Below are positions 18,009 through 28,101 of a stretch of DNA of 64,000 bases, one piece after another; position 1 is the stretch's first letter; every line of letters begins with the position of its first letter. A program made the translations under genes and the position numbers. Source of the DNA: a virus; the IMG/VR virus record IMGVR_UViG_3300025151_000001, positions 28,241 through 92,240 of that record; one strand, written 5' to 3'. The notes beneath the pieces were generated by a model, which did no database searches, was not told the DNA's origin, and saw nothing but the letters and a program-made list of their open reading frames with translations.

Positions 18009-21000
18009 TATTCCACATCCACTAAATCTGTTTCGGTAATTGTTCCTAATCCACCAAAGGTTGAGCCAAAACCTAGAGTAATTCCGAAACCCAAGGTCAC
18101 ACCCGAAGACGCTCTCTTCCTAACAAGCAGACGAAGGGGCTTGACCTTAAGTGTTTCTAACACATCAAATGTAGAAGTATTTTCATTAAATGCTTGCTCT
18201 CGGATAGTGGCGTTGGTTTGTCTATTACTTACAAGTAATTCAGCAAATCTGTCTTCTAACTTCTTTGAGAAAAGACCCAACTCTAAGACCATGTTTCCTG
18301 TAAGTAAGTGTTTTACTTCAAGAACGTAATATTGATTAAGTGGGATGTTTTCTCTTCTAATTTCAACATTGATAATGTCTCCGGGTTTAAGTTGAGAAAT
18401 ACCTTTATGTCCAACTTCTAAAACTAACTTTTTATTTGCTCTAGTGTGTAATAAGAAAAGTTCTGTTGCCCTATCATCAACATCACTCTGAGAAGCAAGT
18501 TCTCTTTCAAACACTTCTAAAGTTTTCTTTCCGTTCTTTTTAATGTCTCTAAGATTCTTTCTAACAGTTTTGTGTTGTCTTCCAAAAACAATAATTTCGT
18601 TGTATTTATCGAAGGTTGTTGATTCGTTCTTAAAATCAAAGATTTGATATTCTCCAAAGTCTGATAAGACAACATCGGTGTAGTGGGTGTTGTCTCTCTT
18701 GGGTTTTACCTTGAATACCCCATCTTCCTCAACTAATCTAAGTTCTTTCTTTTTCGTAATATAGTTAATCGCTGAAAGCAAATCAACCCCTTGGAAATTT
18801 GGTGAAGCAAAACGAGGATAAGCCTGAGTTGTTAAGTCAAAGGAAATATCATTTTCTTCTAACAGGTCATTGATAATTCTTTCAGATTCATGCCCAATAG
18901 TTACACCGACTCCAATGTTTGCTCTTTTGAAGTTACCTCTCACTTGATTTGGGACAGTCAATGTAAAGACCTCAGAAACAGAAGGAACGCCCAATGTCTT
19001 TTTCATTTCAGAGAAAGAGAAGGCAGTTCCTAATTCAGAATCCTTGGAGGTCAAGGAGGTCTTATATGTAGTAACTCCATCAGAAACACACATTTGGTAG
19101 AAACCCTGTGGAACACACGTTTTGATATTTGCAGCAGAGCGATAGACTACATTTTCTTCAGAAGAAGATTTTCTGTCCAAATCAGCAATAACATACATAG
19201 ATAAAGCCGCTTCAGAGCCACCTTGATTTACATCTGTGTTATGAACAATGAATGGACCGGCCTCCTTTTCTTTAACTAGGTATGAAGAAATATTATCATA
19301 AGTTCTGTTTCTTCCATTCATTTTTGTATATCTAGATGATAACTTATTCAACTCAATAGTTTTAGGTGTGAAATCATAAGTGCAAACATGGTTGGGCTGC
19401 ATAATTCTAAAATAATCATTAGCCAATTGCTTATCTGTGATAATGATATGAGTTAGAGTGCTATCCGATGTATCAATTTCATGAGACACAACATATGCAA
19501 TTTTGTCTGGGTTCATTTCGTTGATTGATACTTGGTCATCTTGAAGTGCAGAGTTATCGGTATAGGCGGTTCCTTCATATCTAATCTCTTCAAATGTTCC
19601 CTGTTCTGATACCAAGTAACAACCAGAAAGACCATTGATTAAGTTTAGCCAATAATGTTCATCAAAATCAGCAGTTTCAATTTCGTATTTATAGAAATTA
19701 CCGTCACCTACTTCATTGCTCAATTGAGTTTCTGTAATTCCTGATTCAGCAGTATTAAGTTTCAGTCTGAATTTCATTCCAATATAAGCACCATCAGAGT
19801 CTTCTTCACTATTGGCCGTCTTTTCAAAGTCGTCATATCTGTAAAACTTCTGTCCATTGACTAAACCAACCAAATAGAAATTATATAAAGAACTCAGAGC
19901 GCCGTTAATTTCTGTTAATCTAGGAGAAACCGTTCCCGGAGTTAAATTTCTAGTTGAGTCTTCAATGCTAAATCTATCCAAGAATAGAGGTAACATCTCA
20001 TTTGTTAAGAAGTCATGTTCTGGATTAGATGAAGAACTACATTTCTGATAAATACCTAATACTTGGGAAGTGTTAGCATTGAATGTCGCTCTATGTAAAT
20101 TGAGGTCTTTTCCTAAATTTGGTGGTAGGAAAATACTAGCATTATTTGTTTGAAGGCTCTGTAAAGTTCCACTATATTTCGTATTAAAGTAATCAGCATA
20201 ATTGTCTTTATCAACAACAGCGCCCTTTAACATATGAATATCTGTTCTAAACTCAAATGATTCCTTGAGTCCTCTTCCTTCAACTAAGGAATATTTTACT
20301 TCAGTCACCTTAAAAAGATTACCTGTATAAAACGCACCACTATTTGTTTTATTAGCAATAGCCGTTAATGTAATTTCTCCGCCACTCGGAGTTCCTGATA
20401 CAGTTCCAATTAAATTTCCTTCACTATCACAAACAATATTGCCGTTAGCAAAATTTGTCTCATTAGACGCAGTAATCTTAAAAGGCGCTGAAGTGGTATA
20501 GTCTGAAACACTACTCACTACTGAAGTTGTTTGCGCGAGGTCAGTAAATTGGTATTCAAGTCTTGGGAGTGTAGCCTTTTTATTAGGTAAGTTCTCGGGG
20601 TCAATTTGATTAAAGTGCCAATCATAAACACATTCAGTTAATCTCATTAAACCAAACTGTTTAAGGTCTGTAACAGAATCTGAACTTGAAATGTTAAAAG
20701 TCTCATAATCAGTATCAATGTTTGATTGAACTCTAGATTGTGCTAAACTGTGGTCTTTTGGCGTTGATGAATTAACTGTGTTCGTATCTTTCTTTAACAT
20801 GATAGAGTAGTTGGTTATTTCTCTAGTTAATGTAGGATTTAAAACGCTGTCCTTTCTTTTACCACTATAAGGTTCAAGGTCAGAATTTACAAACAAGAAC
20901 ATTTTAGCAACTTTGGGGTCAATTTGATATAGAACATCATGGCCCCGGAAAGGACTTACGCCTCCGATAACGTCAGCATCTTTATACACAGGTGAAGCAG

Positions 21001-24000
21001 AACTTCCACTTTTGTGAAATTTAGTATCAAAAAATCTAGAACCGGAAACAGGTTGGAATCCTTGTGATTCTGTTAATGGATGATTTTCTGTCCCTGAACC
21101 TGTTTGTCCAACACCCGTAATATTAGGAAGTGTTTGTAGTCCCGGCCCAAATCTATAGGCATCGGCATAATATCTAATCTCTGAAATGATTTCATTATAG
21201 TAATCTAAATCATAATCTTCCGACCAACTTGTCTTTTTGGGAGTTTTGTAGTTAACATTTCCTCTTTCCAAGTTAAAAATTCTATATAGGGGACTACCAA
21301 ACTTATGAGTATAACTATCAAAATTTGTTGTTGAAAAAGAAAAGGGTGCTTCAAAAAGTAAATTGGTATTTGCACTAGGGGACTCTTGATATTTTGGATT
21401 TAATAGACCAACTACCTTACCTCCGTGCAAATGTGCAGCATTCAAAAATGCTAAAGAATGTGCTAAGTCATTAGCAGATGTTACTCTTTGAAGATTTCCA
21501 CCAGAAGATGTTGCTCTTCTATCTAAGAAAATTGTATTAACTCCTGCTCCTGTGGTTGAAGTATGAATATGCTTTCCAATAAAAACACCGTCAACATAAA
21601 CAGGTTCTTCGTAGTTATAATAAAATGCTAATGAAGTTGGACTAAATGACCTACTGTCAGAAATAGAACCCGTAACTCCTAAACTTGAAAAAGTTTTTTC
21701 TATTGTGCTTTGGCTGTTTGTGTCCACTCGACCGAGAGAAAGCGGAACATAAGGAGCCAATTCAATAGTCGTTTCTGTATCTCCGCGAGAAATATTTAGA
21801 ATAGAAAAATCAATGAGGCTATTTACTACGTCAAAGGTCTGATTTGTTCCGTCTGTGTTTTGAAGCCTCGCTTGGAAAAATCTGTCATTTTTCATATTAG
21901 AAGGGTGATGAATAGGATAGCCCAAAGAGTTAGCATCATCATCACTTGATGTCCCAACGAGAGCAGTTCCATCATTACCACTAGCATCTAGTTTTGTTCC
22001 TGAATCAAACAATATTCCCTTATCAGCGGAGCCTTCTAATGCTGTAGTCGTTTGAGTAACAGTATAATTTGCCGCTAATGCTTTGTTTAAAACATATGAC
22101 TTCGATAATCTCTTAAATAGAGAAACGCTATTTCCATAACTTCCAAACTTAGCAGTATCAACTAATGTTACTCTTACCGAAGAAAAGGTATCAACTACAC
22201 CAATGTAAGCAAAACTACCATTAGAAAATTTTCCAAATAGTTCATCACCCGGAGAAATATCAGTTGTTGTTGAATTGATATCAAAAATTTTAGAATCTCC
22301 ATTTAAGAAAACTCCTGAAGTTACTACTGTTCTGCTTAAATCTTGAACTGAATTATAAAATGACTTAGAAGAATAAATCATATCTTTAGAGAATAACTTA
22401 TTAGAATTCACAATAGGTGATAATAGTTTTCTTAAATTATTCCTTCCTTCTAATTTAACATAAGTTTGACCCATCTCTTTAGAAGTTTCAACTGATTCAA
22501 CTGCACCGTCAAATCTTTCAACAAAAATTTGATAACTGCCTAAAAGATATTTTAAAGGATTAGTGTCATATCCATCCCCAGAAAAACTTAAAGTTAGCAT
22601 CTCTTTATCCTTGTCGGAACTAGTTACCGAGGCATAGATAAATCTAAAGTTCTTTGTTGTGAACCTAACAGATAGGTTATAGTCCCTACCTTCAACGATG
22701 TTAAACTTAGTTAGAAGCGTCCCATCAGTTGAATTATATGCTCTCCTGTATAATGTCTCTTGGCCTAAACTCGTTAAAGAAGTTGAATTTGTGAACTCGC
22801 CTTCTGTTTCTAATCTACTAAATTCATTAAATTGAATCGTTGTCGAAGTGATTGCTTCAACAATTAAAATTCTAGAACCTACCTTAACTTCATCATTAAC
22901 ATTTAAAAAACTAGTTAAATCATAATCACTAATTACTGTATATGTTCTAGAACCTGTATGAGAATCTAAAGATGCTTTAAGTTCGAACCAATCAAAAAAA
23001 TCTCCTGTATGAACTAGATGTCTAACTCTTAGTGCATCTTCTTCTGAAACCTTTTTTGTGAAAATTCTATTGTTATCAACAATACTTACATTAGCAAATC
23101 CTGACCTCGAACCTACAGCATCAGTAATTTCTGCTTCAATAACACCCACCGCAGTATTGCAGTATGTTGGTGAAAAATCATAATGAACGTAGCGAGTTGG
23201 TCCGGTTAAATTAATTGTTCCAGAAATGTCGTTATCAACTTGTCTTCTTGCATTATAAAAAACATCTTCGTAGTCTGTGAAGTCTTCGGTAGGTAATGAA
23301 TACGAAGACTCTTGGGGAACAGGAGTCCCGGCTACGTCTTTGTTTCTTAAAACGTCGGTTAATGTAACCTGTAAAGAATATGGACTATAATCAACGACAG
23401 CATTTGAGAAATCCTGTTCGACCATAAATGCTGTTTTCAAAGAGTTGACGGTAACAGTTGAACCACTAGTTACTGAATTGCTTTGAACGAAATATTTTGT
23501 GTTATGGTCCAACTCTCCCTTTTTATTTACTTTAGTTTCTTCAATATAGAAAAGAGGCCTTGAACAAACTAAGTCATTTCTGAGACTATCGCTAATGCCT
23601 CCAGAAAAAGCAATAGCATTTGAAGTTAAGAGAGGCCCCTTAAACAACATAAATTTTGTCCCTTTTGGAATTTCTTTGCCTAACTTTGGAGTAAATTCTA
23701 ATGAGTCCCCTGCCGCATCATCTGTTAATGATTCAGTAATTCTAGCAAAATGGTGCTGATTTGCATCATCTGAATGCAAAAGAATAAACCAATAGTGAGT
23801 AGTATTAATACTTAATTGGACCCCATCTCCTGTAAAGGCATTATATTGCTTAACAATATGACCGGGCGTTGTTGCTAAATTAGTGTATTCTGTTAAAAGA
23901 CCTGCGCCACTTGAGATTTCATCAAATGTTAAATTTTCACTATCATCTGAATGAATAATAGTAAAATGTTTTTTAGATGAACTAGAAGAAGTATTTGTTT

Positions 24001-24073
24001 TAATCTTAGGATTCGTTGGACAATTAGTGTTCGTGTCCGTAGTCGAACCTTTATTGAGAACAGTTAGAGCCAT
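18005..24073 (-). CDS. large tail-tip/baseplate hub protein (2022 aa)
   Basis: Size, beta-rich composition, C-terminal YNEIIVFG...LKPGDIINV hub-like region, synteny after TMP/Dit. Confidence 0.7.
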   Translation of the reverse strand: MALTVLNKGSTTDTNTNCPTNPKIKTNTSSSSSKKHFTIIHSDDSENLTFDEISSGAGLLTEYTNLATTPGHIVKQYNAFTGDGVQLSINTTHYWFILLHSDDANQHHFARITESLTDDAAGDSLEFTPKLGKEIPKGTKFMLFKGPLLTSNAIAFSGGISDSLRNDLVCSRPLFYIEETKVNKKGELDHNTKYFVQSNSVTSGSTVTVNSLKTAFMVEQDFSNAVVDYSPYSLQVTLTDVLRNKDVAGTPVPQESSYSLPTEDFTDYEDVFYNARRQVDNDISGTINLTGPTRYVHYDFSPTYCNTAVGVIEAEITDAVGSRSGFANVSIVDNNRIFTKKVSEEDALRVRHLVHTGDFFDWFELKASLDSHTGSRTYTVISDYDLTSFLNVNDEVKVGSRILIVEAITSTTIQFNEFSRLETEGEFTNSTSLTSLGQETLYRRAYNSTDGTLLTKFNIVEGRDYNLSVRFTTKNFRFIYASVTSSDKDKEMLTLSFSGDGYDTNPLKYLLGSYQIFVERFDGAVESVETSKEMGQTYVKLEGRNNLRKLLSPIVNSNKLFSKDMIYSSKSFYNSVQDLSRTVVTSGVFLNGDSKIFDINSTTTDISPGDELFGKFSNGSFAYIGVVDTFSSVRVTLVDTAKFGSYGNSVSLFKRLSKSYVLNKALAANYTVTQTTTALEGSADKGILFDSGTKLDASGNDGTALVGTSSDDDANSLGYPIHHPSNMKNDRFFQARLQNTDGTNQTFDVVNSLIDFSILNISRGDTETTIELAPYVPLSLGRVDTNSQSTIEKTFSSLGVTGSISDSRSFSPTSLAFYYNYEEPVYVDGVFIGKHIHTSTTGAGVNTIFLDRRATSSGGNLQRVTSANDLAHSLAFLNAAHLHGGKVVGLLNPKYQESPSANTNLLFEAPFSFSTTNFDSYTHKFGSPLYRIFNLERGNVNYKTPKKTSWSEDYDLDYYNEIISEIRYYADAYRFGPGLQTLPNITGVGQTGSGTENHPLTESQGFQPVSGSRFFDTKFHKSGSSASPVYKDADVIGGVSPFRGHDVLYQIDPKVAKMFLFVNSDLEPYSGKRKDSVLNPTLTREITNYSIMLKKDTNTVNSSTPKDHSLAQSRVQSNIDTDYETFNISSSDSVTDLKQFGLMRLTECVYDWHFNQIDPENLPNKKATLPRLEYQFTDLAQTTSVVSSVSDYTTSAPFKITASNETNFANGNIVCDSEGNLIGTVSGTPSGGEITLTAIANKTNSGAFYTGNLFKVTEVKYSLVEGRGLKESFEFRTDIHMLKGAVVDKDNYADYFNTKYSGTLQSLQTNNASIFLPPNLGKDLNLHRATFNANTSQVLGIYQKCSSSSNPEHDFLTNEMLPLFLDRFSIEDSTRNLTPGTVSPRLTEINGALSSLYNFYLVGLVNGQKFYRYDDFEKTANSEEDSDGAYIGMKFRLKLNTAESGITETQLSNEVGDGNFYKYEIETADFDEHYWLNLINGLSGCYLVSEQGTFEEIRYEGTAYTDNSALQDDQVSINEMNPDKIAYVVSHEIDTSDSTLTHIIITDKQLANDYFRIMQPNHVCTYDFTPKTIELNKLSSRYTKMNGRNRTYDNISSYLVKEKEAGPFIVHNTDVNQGGSEAALSMYVIADLDRKSSSEENVVYRSAANIKTCVPQGFYQMCVSDGVTTYKTSLTSKDSELGTAFSFSEMKKTLGVPSVSEVFTLTVPNQVRGNFKRANIGVGVTIGHESERIINDLLEENDISFDLTTQAYPRFASPNFQGVDLLSAINYITKKKELRLVEEDGVFKVKPKRDNTHYTDVVLSDFGEYQIFDFKNESTTFDKYNEIIVFGRQHKTVRKNLRDIKKNGKKTLEVFERELASQSDVDDRATELFLLHTRANKKLVLEVGHKGISQLKPGDIINVEIRRENIPLNQYYVLEVKHLLTGNMVLELGLFSKKLEDRFAELLVSNRQTNATIREQAFNENTSTFDVLETLKVKPLRLLVRKRASSGVTLGFGITLGFGSTFGGLGTITETDLVDVEY

Positions 24074-25194
24074 TAAGCATCAGTCTCCTCAAATCTAAGA
24101 TACATCAACAGGTTATTTAAGTTAGTCACGATAGTTGAAAGAGACTGAAATCTATCCTTTGAACTATTGATTACTGCTAATTCATGAATTTCTCCCATGA
24201 ACTGTTGATTTGTGCTAGCAGCATTATCTCCCGTTCCACCTGTTCCATTTGCCCCAATAAAATAAGATTCTTTATCAAATGCAAAGGTTCCAGAGTTTGT
24301 GTGTTTTGAGTCAAGTATTTTATTCCCATTTACATAGATTTCAATTGCATTATCGTTTGAATAATAAGTAACTGCAATATGCTGAAATGAATTGATATAG
24401 GAGGGTTCAACATAACTAGGAAGAAACAAACCATCCCCGGTGCTTAAGCCCGATGAATATGCTGACGTTATGGTGATTACTGAGGACGTTTTTGTATTGA
24501 TGGTCCCGACCTTCACAAACTCAGTTCCCGACCGAGCAAACACGTCTTGGACCTGCCCTTGGACAAAAGAGGTGGTCGGGCTGCATGAAATGGTAGTCCC
24601 TGACCCCGAGTAGTCGCCTGTAAGAGTTGAAACCTTATCATAGACAAATTGCCCCGTTTTATCGAAACCTTGCTTATCTAACGCTGCATATTGGTATTGA
24701 AAGCCCGAATCTGGACTAATTGCATAGTCCGAAGTAAATGTTTGAGTCGCCCCTCCGATAGTCATAACAACTTGAATTTTATAATTAGCCGGGTTATTTT
24801 CATTATGTCCGGTATCATTGACTAGATAAATCTTAAGCGACGTGCTGTGAAACAAAGCCATTTTGTGATTTAGCCTATCTGCTCCACCTGCATCATAGGT
24901 TTTCAAATATAAATTGCTTTGATAATTTGAAGCCGTTCCATCACCATATGTAACAGGCAAACCGGGCATAATTTTCTTTGAGTTTGCGATTGTTCTTACT
25001 GTATCTCCTGACCACTTACCGTAACCATTTACATCATAAGGAGTAACAACTGCTTCAAAACAAAATGAACCTTCATGGTCCCAAATGCCATAGTTAGTCG
25101 TTGCTACATTTGCAGCATAATCAATGGTAATGAACCCATTACACATGACGGGAAAGACAATAGAACGCTGCTTTCCTGTAAGAACGTCATACAT
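24073..25194 (-). CDS. LamG/ConA-like tail protein
   Basis: QHIAVTY...IYVNG...FIGA...FMGEIHEL. Confidence 0.75.
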   Translation of the reverse strand: MYDVLTGKQRSIVFPVMCNGFITIDYAANVATTNYGIWDHEGSFCFEAVVTPYDVNGYGKWSGDTVRTIANSKKIMPGLPVTYGDGTASNYQSNLYLKTYDAGGADRLNHKMALFHSTSLKIYLVNDTGHNENNPANYKIQVVMTIGGATQTFTSDYAISPDSGFQYQYAALDKQGFDKTGQFVYDKVSTLTGDYSGSGTTISCSPTTSFVQGQVQDVFARSGTEFVKVGTINTKTSSVITITSAYSSGLSTGDGLFLPSYVEPSYINSFQHIAVTYYSNDNAIEIYVNGNKILDSKHTNSGTFAFDKESYFIGANGTGGTGDNAASTNQQFMGEIHELAVINSSKDRFQSLSTIVTNLNNLLMYLRFEETDA

Positions 25195-25203
25195 GATAAC
25201 ACC

Positions 25204-25803
25204 TCAGGGAAGAATTCTAGCAATTTCAAATTCTAAAGTAAATTCAACCTCAACTGTGTCGGCAGTAAAGGTGGTGCTAAATTGGCGAATGAATCCTTTA
25301 AGTCCATCATTCGCTTCTGAATCTGGAAATTCTGTTCTGAAAGGAACATTTAAGTTATCGAATTCGTTATTGTCCCCTCTTGCGTGATAAGTGAATGGAA
25401 TGTTTCTTTCAGTTACTTCATTATAGTCTTTGTCAACTTTAGATGGAATTAAAAACACTAATTCAACAATTGCTTGATTTTTAGCAACACCTGTTGAGTC
25501 AACCGAAGAATGAATCAACTGTGCAATTTCATGTGCCGTCATAGTAACTGTTGAACCATGACGAGTTAAAGGGCCTTCAATAATAAAACCGCTGAGGGAA
25601 AGATTTTTGCCCGCCATACCAATATCCAATGCAACTGTTTCTGATTCACCCGTAACTAGACCAGAAAGAGGAACTTGCATTGAAGGAATTGTTTTAGATG
25701 TGCTAACTGAAACACTAGTTGCCCGTAAAGGAATGGTGTTAATGGTTGCACCATCATTACCACTATGTTTCCCTGTCTTAAGATAAACGTAGTAATCTGG
25801 CAT
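25204..25803 (-). CDS. distal tail (Dit-like) protein
   Basis: Directly after the tape measure; tube-like beta pattern. Confidence 0.5.
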   Translation of the reverse strand: MPDYYVYLKTGKHSGNDGATINTIPLRATSVSVSTSKTIPSMQVPLSGLVTGESETVALDIGMAGKNLSLSGFIIEGPLTRHGSTVTMTAHEIAQLIHSSVDSTGVAKNQAIVELVFLIPSKVDKDYNEVTERNIPFTYHARGDNNEFDNLNVPFRTEFPDSEANDGLKGFIRQFSTTFTADTVEVEFTLEFEIARILP

Positions 25804-25807
25804 TTAA

Positions 25808-27358
25808 TCACCCTAATGTTCTAGACGAAACGCTTCTATTAACCTTAGAGTTAACCATTCGGCCAATCTCGTCTGCAATTCTTCTTAGTTCTGCATTCGA
25901 TGTATCGCGTGCATTGATAGTAATGTTGAAGGTGTTGCCTCCGCCACCCATAACTCTCTTTGAATCTTGAGCAGTTCTAACTGTTGAACCTCTTGGAAGA
26001 CTAACCAACTCAGGGCCTCTTTCGCCAACTAAGGTCATTGGTGCAGTTACGGGACCACCTGCTGATTTAGCACCAAACAACTTTCCAAGTTTAGCCCCTA
26101 TCCAATAAATCAAACCAGCAACTACTGCTGCTACAATTGCTGCAATCCAAGTCATACTTAAGAAGAAAATAATTCCACCAACAACAATTGCAATCAATGT
26201 AATGATTTTCTTAAATGAAGCAGCCAAGTCTGTCCAACCTGTAGTTAGCCAATCCCATCCTCTTTTGATAACATCCATGATTAAAACACCAACTAGCATA
26301 AATGCAGCACTTAAAAGAGTAACAGCAACACCAAGAGAAAACAGCAGCATTCCTCCAAGAATCTTAAGAAGGCCGTCAATTAGCATTTCTAAATCCCCTC
26401 CGCCAAAGAAAGCATTAAAGACATCTTTAACTCCATCAAAAGCAATCATTAAACCTGCTAAAGCAATTTTTCCTACGACCTTAATTGCTTCCCAAGCCGC
26501 CTTTAGGCCTTCTAAAATAGATGGACCGAATGCTTTGAATGCTAAATAGGCTAAGATAATAATACCAACAACTTTGAAAATAATACCCATAAACATAATT
26601 GCTGCCCTTACTACAAACTTTTTAATTAGTTTCATAATCTTTCCAATGTCAGATTTATTGAACTTTTTAATAAAATCTCTTGAATTTTTCTTTGATTCTC
26701 TAAATCTATCTGATAGTTTTCCACGAAGTTTCTTTGGATTTAATACTTGCTTTAATTGTTTGAAAGTAACAGGCATATCCATACCTGTAATAGCCTTTAC
26801 CGTAGCACTTCTTCTTCTAAGCCTCATTGTTTTTTCAGCCTTTTGTCTGCCTGCTAATTGTCTTCCTAAACCTCTAATTTCATCGGCATCTGTAGATTTT
26901 CCTATTCTATTAGCAAATGTGCTTTGTGCTTTTTTTGCTCCCCTAATATTAGAGGTATACATCTCGATTCTTTTTAAATCAGCCTTACTTGGTGCTAATT
27001 TACTAAATAAGTTTTTGGTTCCACCAAACTTTTTTAATCCCGGAAACTTTCTAATAATAAAGTCGGTTTGCTCAAGAAGAGAAACGATTTTATTGAACCC
27101 TCTGAAGAAATCAAAAGGAAAGAAACCATATAACACTCTTCTGAATTTTGCGAAAGCGGTGTCTCCTTTCCTAGCGTATTCTGCAAGCCGTCCGAAAGCA
27201 GTTGCGGCTCCTTCTGCTTCCTTAGTAGTTTTTTTAATGTCTTTCTCAACTTTTTGACTTGCTAAAGATAGTTTTTTCATTACCTCTAGCATCTCACCCG
27301 TTGTTTTATTCAGACCATCAAGAGCCGATTGCATCTTGATAATCTGAGAAGCCTTCAT
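25808..27358 (-). CDS. tail tape measure protein
   Basis: Follows the chaperone pair; helical with hydrophobic segments; VGERGPELV motif. Confidence 0.8.
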   Translation of the reverse strand: MKASQIIKMQSALDGLNKTTGEMLEVMKKLSLASQKVEKDIKKTTKEAEGAATAFGRLAEYARKGDTAFAKFRRVLYGFFPFDFFRGFNKIVSLLEQTDFIIRKFPGLKKFGGTKNLFSKLAPSKADLKRIEMYTSNIRGAKKAQSTFANRIGKSTDADEIRGLGRQLAGRQKAEKTMRLRRRSATVKAITGMDMPVTFKQLKQVLNPKKLRGKLSDRFRESKKNSRDFIKKFNKSDIGKIMKLIKKFVVRAAIMFMGIIFKVVGIIILAYLAFKAFGPSILEGLKAAWEAIKVVGKIALAGLMIAFDGVKDVFNAFFGGGDLEMLIDGLLKILGGMLLFSLGVAVTLLSAAFMLVGVLIMDVIKRGWDWLTTGWTDLAASFKKIITLIAIVVGGIIFFLSMTWIAAIVAAVVAGLIYWIGAKLGKLFGAKSAGGPVTAPMTLVGERGPELVSLPRGSTVRTAQDSKRVMGGGGNTFNITINARDTSNAELRRIADEIGRMVNSKVNRSVSSRTLG

Positions 27359-27362
27359 GTTA

Positions 27363-27584
27363 TCAACTCTTTATTTTCTTAGAAGCCTTTTCAATTTCTT
27401 CTGCCTTGATTTCTTCAAACACTCTATGAACACTCAACAAATCTAAGACGAGAGAGGATGGCATTTTATAAATTTCTAATGGGCTGATTCCTAATGCTTT
27501 AGAAAGCGAATAGACGATAATGAGGGAAACAGTTGCAGGGTCGGATTTTCCTCCCTTAACTGCTGCCCTCAAATTTCGTTTTTT
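27363..27584 (-). CDS. tail assembly chaperone extension (gpGT-like), reached by -1 frameshift
   Basis: -1 frame after the slippery site reads KKRNLRAAVKGG...; LGISPLEIYKMP typical of T regions. Confidence 0.7.
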   Translation of the reverse strand, partial: KKRNLRAAVKGGKSDPATVSLIIVYSLSKALGISPLEIYKMPSSLVLDLLSVHRVFEEIKAEEIEKASKKIKS

Positions 27585-27940
27585 CCTTCAGTCTCCTCAA
27601 ATGCATCAAATGGATTTGGGAGAACCTCTTTAATCTGAGAACCTACATACGGATTTAATCGTAATAGGTCAACTGTGGAAAGTGATGGTTCGGATTTAAC
27701 AATGAAATTTTCAACCATGTAGCGATACATAGCATTCAAATCAAGGTCAAAGTTCTGATTTTTTGCGTCAACTTTCATAAGACTATTCATAGCCTTATCA
27801 ACCTCAAGCCATGTGGGTTCTTTAACCCAGACTTTTAGGTATTCTTCGCGGTCTTCGGCCACCCTAATGTAGTGGCATTTTGGTTCGGTTAGTGCAAATA
27901 GCACGTTCTTATCTGTAACAATTTTCTTATCGTTTAACAT
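27569..27940 (-). CDS. tail assembly chaperone (gpG-like)
   Basis: Between tail tube and TMP; GGTGG before ATG 27940; ends at the slippery site. Confidence 0.75.
   Translation of the reverse strand: MLNDKKIVTDKNVLFALTEPKCHYIRVAEDREEYLKVWVKEPTWLEVDKAMNSLMKVDAKNQNFDLDLNAMYRYMVENFIVKSEPSLSTVDLLRLNPYVGSQIKEVLPNPFDAFEETEGKNEI
27578..27584 (-). promoter_or_regulatory. programmed -1 ribosomal frameshift site A AAA AAC
   Basis: Minus strand GGA AAA AAC GAA ATT TGA, X XXY YYZ in the correct phase. Confidence 0.75.
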
Positions 27941-27989
27941 AGTTCCACCTTCATAACCAACAAACAAACAAACGTATGTTGGTGGAATA

Positions 27990-28097
27990 TCATTTTGCTA
28001 ATTTAGATTTCTTTAATGATTTCTTTTTAGTTTCAACTTTCTTAGTTTTCTCAACTAAGGATTCTTTGAAACGCTTTTGCTTTTCAAATCTATCCAT
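27990..28097 (-). CDS. 35-aa Lys-rich micro-protein (not in ORF track)
   Basis: GGTGA SD then MDRFEKQKRFKESLVEKTKKVETKKKSLKKSKLAK*. Confidence 0.45.
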   Translation of the reverse strand: MDRFEKQKRFKESLVEKTKKVETKKKSLKKSKLAK

Positions 28098-28101
28098 CTA
28101 A

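Noticed and set aside
26574-27257. Long antisense ORFs (e.g. 26574-27257 +, 16773-17270 +, 1878-2258 -)
   Set aside because: Shadows of well-supported genes on the opposite strand, with no SD sites or motifs.
27950-27990. TTTG microsatellite with CCAACA/TGTTGG inverted repeat upstream of the tail chaperone
   Set aside because: Short and low-complexity; could be a weak terminator but cannot be supported.
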